From positions 1,989 to 65,988 of the forward strand of contig NIVC01003272.1 in the NCBI GenBank assembly GCA_002269645.1: 64,000 nt of DNA, written 5' to 3'. The notes beneath the pieces are model-generated. The model saw nothing but the letters and a program-made list of their open reading frames with translations, was not told where the DNA came from and did not search any database. This DNA comes from Macrostomum lignano. Taxonomy: Eukaryota. The position numbers and the translations under genes are program-made. This document shows positions 60,301 to 64,000 of the stretch, piece after piece. Position 1 is the stretch's first letter. Each line of letters opens with the position of its first letter.

Positions 60301-63300
60301 AGATATGAGAGAGGAGAGAAAAGGGGAGAGATAAGATAGAAAATAGGTGAGTAGACAGGAGAGGAGAATAAATAAGGAAATAAGGGAGTAGAGATAAATA
60401 AGGGAGTAGAGATAAATAAGAGAGTAGGGGTAGAGATGAGATGAGAGAGAGGAGAGAGAAGCGAGTCACGATAATAGCGAAGAGAGGAGAGAGTAGATAT
60501 GAGAGACGTAAGAGTCTTTGAGCTATGGTCTTTGAAAGGTTTGTAAAGAATTTGGAGACGATTTGGAAGATGGGATTCAAGACATGGAATTTCAGTTGAT
60601 GGATAATTCAGGGAATGGAATTCCGGTGATGAGAGTTCTTCCCCTTTCTCCTCCGAAGGAGGAGTTCCACTCGTATATACTAAAGTTGACGCGTTGTTTG
60701 TCTGTCTGTATGTCTGTCTGTATGTCTGTCTGTCATTTCGACAACTCCTCCTTGAATAGTGCCAACTCAGCGTTGAAACTTATATGGGAAGATTGGAAAT
60801 TATCCGAGGTCGGCTATAGGCTATTTTAATTCTGAAATTTTAATTTCTAAGATCCTCAAAAAAGCAGAAAACTTGAATCTTGACCTTTGATAATCTTAAT
60901 TGTCCCCTCTTTCTGCTTGGAGCTGAAAAATGCATGAATTTTTAGTGATTGCGCCACAACTTTTCCCTATCTCTGTAGTGTATTTTCTCTCCAGTGGGGG
61001 TGGGAGCGTTCTCAGTGGCTGCGTGTGTACACTTGGACCCTGGCTCACTGGCTGACTGTATAGATAATTGCGCAATGATATGGCTACTGATAAGTTTTCC
61101 TGCCTTTCAATGGGCAGTCCTGTGTATTTGTTGGACATTGAAATTCAATGCATCAACTTGCAAGCAGGCAGTGAACGTACACTCGATACTTCAATGCTAT
61201 AAATCAGACAGTTTCAAACGCTAACTGTTCCTCGAGTTTTAAACTTTGAGAGGAGAAACTTATATTGCTGGCAAGATCTTGCAACGCTGAGTTCGGGGAT
61301 ATAAGTTGTTTGCTTTAAATATGAAAAGAAAAAGCACAGCATTTGAAAAACTATTTCCATACTTTTAACTTTCTGCAAAGATTGTACTTTAATCTGCAAA
61401 GATTGTTGGGGGGAGGGTTCAACTTCTCACTGCTGCTGTGTATTGGAGGGTTGATTTAGATTGCGCAATGTTTTTGTTAACTTTACCTGAGGCTGATACT
61501 GACTGACTGTGAAATCGGTTGCGCAATGAATTGATTCAATTAGTTCAATATTTTTATCTGTGCCTTTTAACACGAAGCTGTGCGTAGTTCTAACCCTAAC
61601 CCTAACCCTAACCCTAACCCTAATGAATCTGGCGAGTTGAGTTGTTTGACGGAAAAAATTCGATTAAGTCAAGTTTAGCGGAGACGATTTCAATGTTTAA
61701 ATTCTGACGGAGAAGATTTCTGTTTCGTGGAGAGGATTTCGATGATGTTCAGTTTCACGAAAGGATTTCCATGGTGTTCAGTTTCACGGAGAGGATTTCG
61801 ATCATGTTCAGCTTCACGGAGAGGCTTTCTGTTTCGCGGAGATAATTTATGATTGATTTCTGTTTTATGGAAACAATTTTGATGGATTTAAGTTTCAAGG
61901 AGAGGATTTCGAAGGAGTCCAGTTTCACTGAGAGGATTTCGATGGTTTTTAGTTGCACAGACAGGATTTTTGCTTCGCGGAGAGGATCTTGATGGATTTG
62001 GCATCTTCAATCAGTCAGAGAAGAGAGTAAAGAGAAGACTGAAAAGAGAAGAGAGAAGAGATGATAGAAAACAGAGTATAATTGAGTGGAGAGATTAGAC
62101 ATGACAGATTGGAGATGATAGGAGAGAGAATAGATGAGGGATAAGAGCGTACAGAGGCAATAGAAGAGAGGGGAGAGTAGAGGAGAAAGAAAGAGTGAGA
62201 TGAGGAGATGAGGGATGAGAGAGCAGGGGAGAGAGGAGACAGGAGAGAGTACAGACGAAAGACTAGGGAGAAGATATAAATAAGGTAGTAAAGATGAGAG
62301 GAGAGAGAGGAGAGAGAAGCGAAAGGAGAAGAGAGTGAGGAGAGAGGAGAGAGATGAAAGGAGCAAGGAAAGGAGAAAAGAGAGAATGGAGAGAATAGAA
62401 AAGAGAGAAGAGAAGAGACAGGGGATAGTGAAAAGGAGGAAGAAAGATGGGAGACAAGAAAGTAGTGTCAGAGCGTATATGAAATATGAGAAATGAGAGC
62501 AGAGAGAAGAGAAAAGAGAAGAGAGAGAGAGGGTTAAGAGAGACGATAGATAAGTGAGTAGAGATGACATATGAGAGAGGAGAGAAGAGGGAGAGATAAG
62601 AGTGAAGAGAGGAGACAGAAGACAGGAGAAGGTACAGACGAAAGACGAGGGAGAAGAGATAAATAAGGGAGCAGGGGTAGAGATGAGATGAGAGAGAGGA
62701 GAGAGGAGATATGAGAGACTTGAGAGTCTTTGAGCTATGGTCTTTGAAAGATTTTGTAAAGAATTTGGAGACGATTTGGAAGATAGGGTTAAAGACATGG
62801 AATTTCAGTTGATGGATATTTCAGGGAATAGAATTCCGGTGATGGGAGTTCTTCCCCTTTCTCCTCCGAAGGAGGAGTTCCACTCTCTTAATACTAAAGT
62901 TGGTGCGTTGTTTGTCTGTGTGATAACTCCTCCTAGAATACTTGCAAACTTGGGAAAACTGCAAATTTTCCGAGGATGGCTTAGGCTATTTTAATCTTTC
63001 ATTTTCAATTTTAAGATCCCTAAAAAAGCAGAAAATGGCGGTCTTGACCTTTGATAATCTTAATTGTCCCCTCTTTCTGCTTGGAGCTGAAAATTTGCAT
63101 CAATTTTAGTGATTGCGCCATAAAATTTTCTATCTTGGCAGTGTATTTTCTCTCAAGTGGGGGATGGGCGCGTTCTCAGTGGCTGCGTGTGTACACTTGA
63201 ACCCTGGCTCACTGACTGACTTTATAGACAATTGCGCAACTATTTGTGTTCTGTTTTTTAACAGGAAGCCCTGTGTATTTTTTGCACAGTGAAATTCAGT

Positions 63301-64000
63301 GCATTTTAATGCATAAACTTGCGAGCATCTTTAGCAGGCAGTGAACGTACACTCGATATTTCAATGCTTAAAATCAGAAAGTTTCAAACACTAACTGTTG
63401 CTCGAGTTTTGAACTTGAGAGAGAGACTTATATTGCTGGAAAGATCTTGCTGCAATGAGTTCGGGGATATAAGTTTTTTGCTTTAAATATGAAAATTAAA
63501 TTCACAGCATTCAAGAAAAGATTTTCATACTTTTAGCTTTCTGCAAAGATTTTTCTCATTTTGGAGTTCAATGGGGGTTCGACCGACCCCCCAATAGTTG
63601 GTAGCGGGGTTCAATTTCTAGCTGCACTGCGTATTGGAAGGGGGTCGGTGCTGTGTATTGGAGGGCGATTTAGATTGCGCAATCTTTTTGTTAACTTTAA
63701 CCGAGGCTGATACTGACTGCCTGAGAAATAAGTTGCGCAATTTAATTGGTTCAATGTTTTTACGGCGCCTTTCAACACGCAGCTGTGTGTAGCTCTAACC
63801 CTAACCCTAACCAATGAATTCTGAGAGCTGGGCTGTTTGACGTAGAAATTTCGATTTAGTCCAGTTTCACGGAGAGGATTTCTATTTCGCGGAGAATATT
63901 TCGATGGTGTTCAGTTTCACGGAGAGGATTTCGATAGTGTTCAGTTTCACGAGACGATTTCTGTTGCGCGGAGAGGTGTTGGAAAATGGGATTCCGCTGA
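51308..64000 (+). repeat. Helitron-like head-to-tail macrosatellite, units 1.2-2.8 kb, runs off the window end
   Basis: Head atatactaaagttg(a/g)...gtttgtctgtctgt recurs at 51335, 52711, 55170, 57916, 60675 and about 62888. From 52711 on, each head is preceded by a CTCC-GAA-GGAG hairpin. Units contain TAACCC tracts and 30-bp subrepeats; the long units also carry GA-rich blocks of about 0.7-1.1 kb. Confidence 0.8.

Noticed and set aside
53715-62994. EILSVKLDSF and MVFERFCKEFG ORFs as a tandem gene family
   Set aside because: They vary in frame and length between units and coincide with the 30-bp subrepeats and unit junctions.

Overview
Eukaryotic (invertebrate-like) genomic DNA: spliceosomal GT-AG introns, GC-rich exons, AT-rich intergenic DNA and TTAGGG-type tracts. 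Bases 1 to about 9,277 are the right part of a decayed Polinton/Maverick (adintovirus-type) endogenous DNA virus. It carries a protein-primed PolB, an adenain-like protease, a membrane protein with PTAP and LYPx motifs, a coiled-coil protein, a packaging ATPase, putative core proteins, major and minor capsid proteins and a candidate terminus. No integrase is visible in the window. Next come an internally deleted BEL/Pao LTR retrotransposon (about 9.46-13.0 kb), a five-exon phosphorylase kinase gamma gene (15,814-19,441, minus), a 3'-truncated Gypsy element (about 25.5-28.3 kb) and a TMEM86/YhhN lysoplasmalogenase gene (31,372-32,160, minus). The rest is MITEs, foldback elements, a SINE, Tc1/mariner and RTE fragments and minisatellites. 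From about 51.3 kb to the window end is a Helitron-like head-to-tail macrosatellite. All family calls come from motifs recognised by eye; no database search was run.
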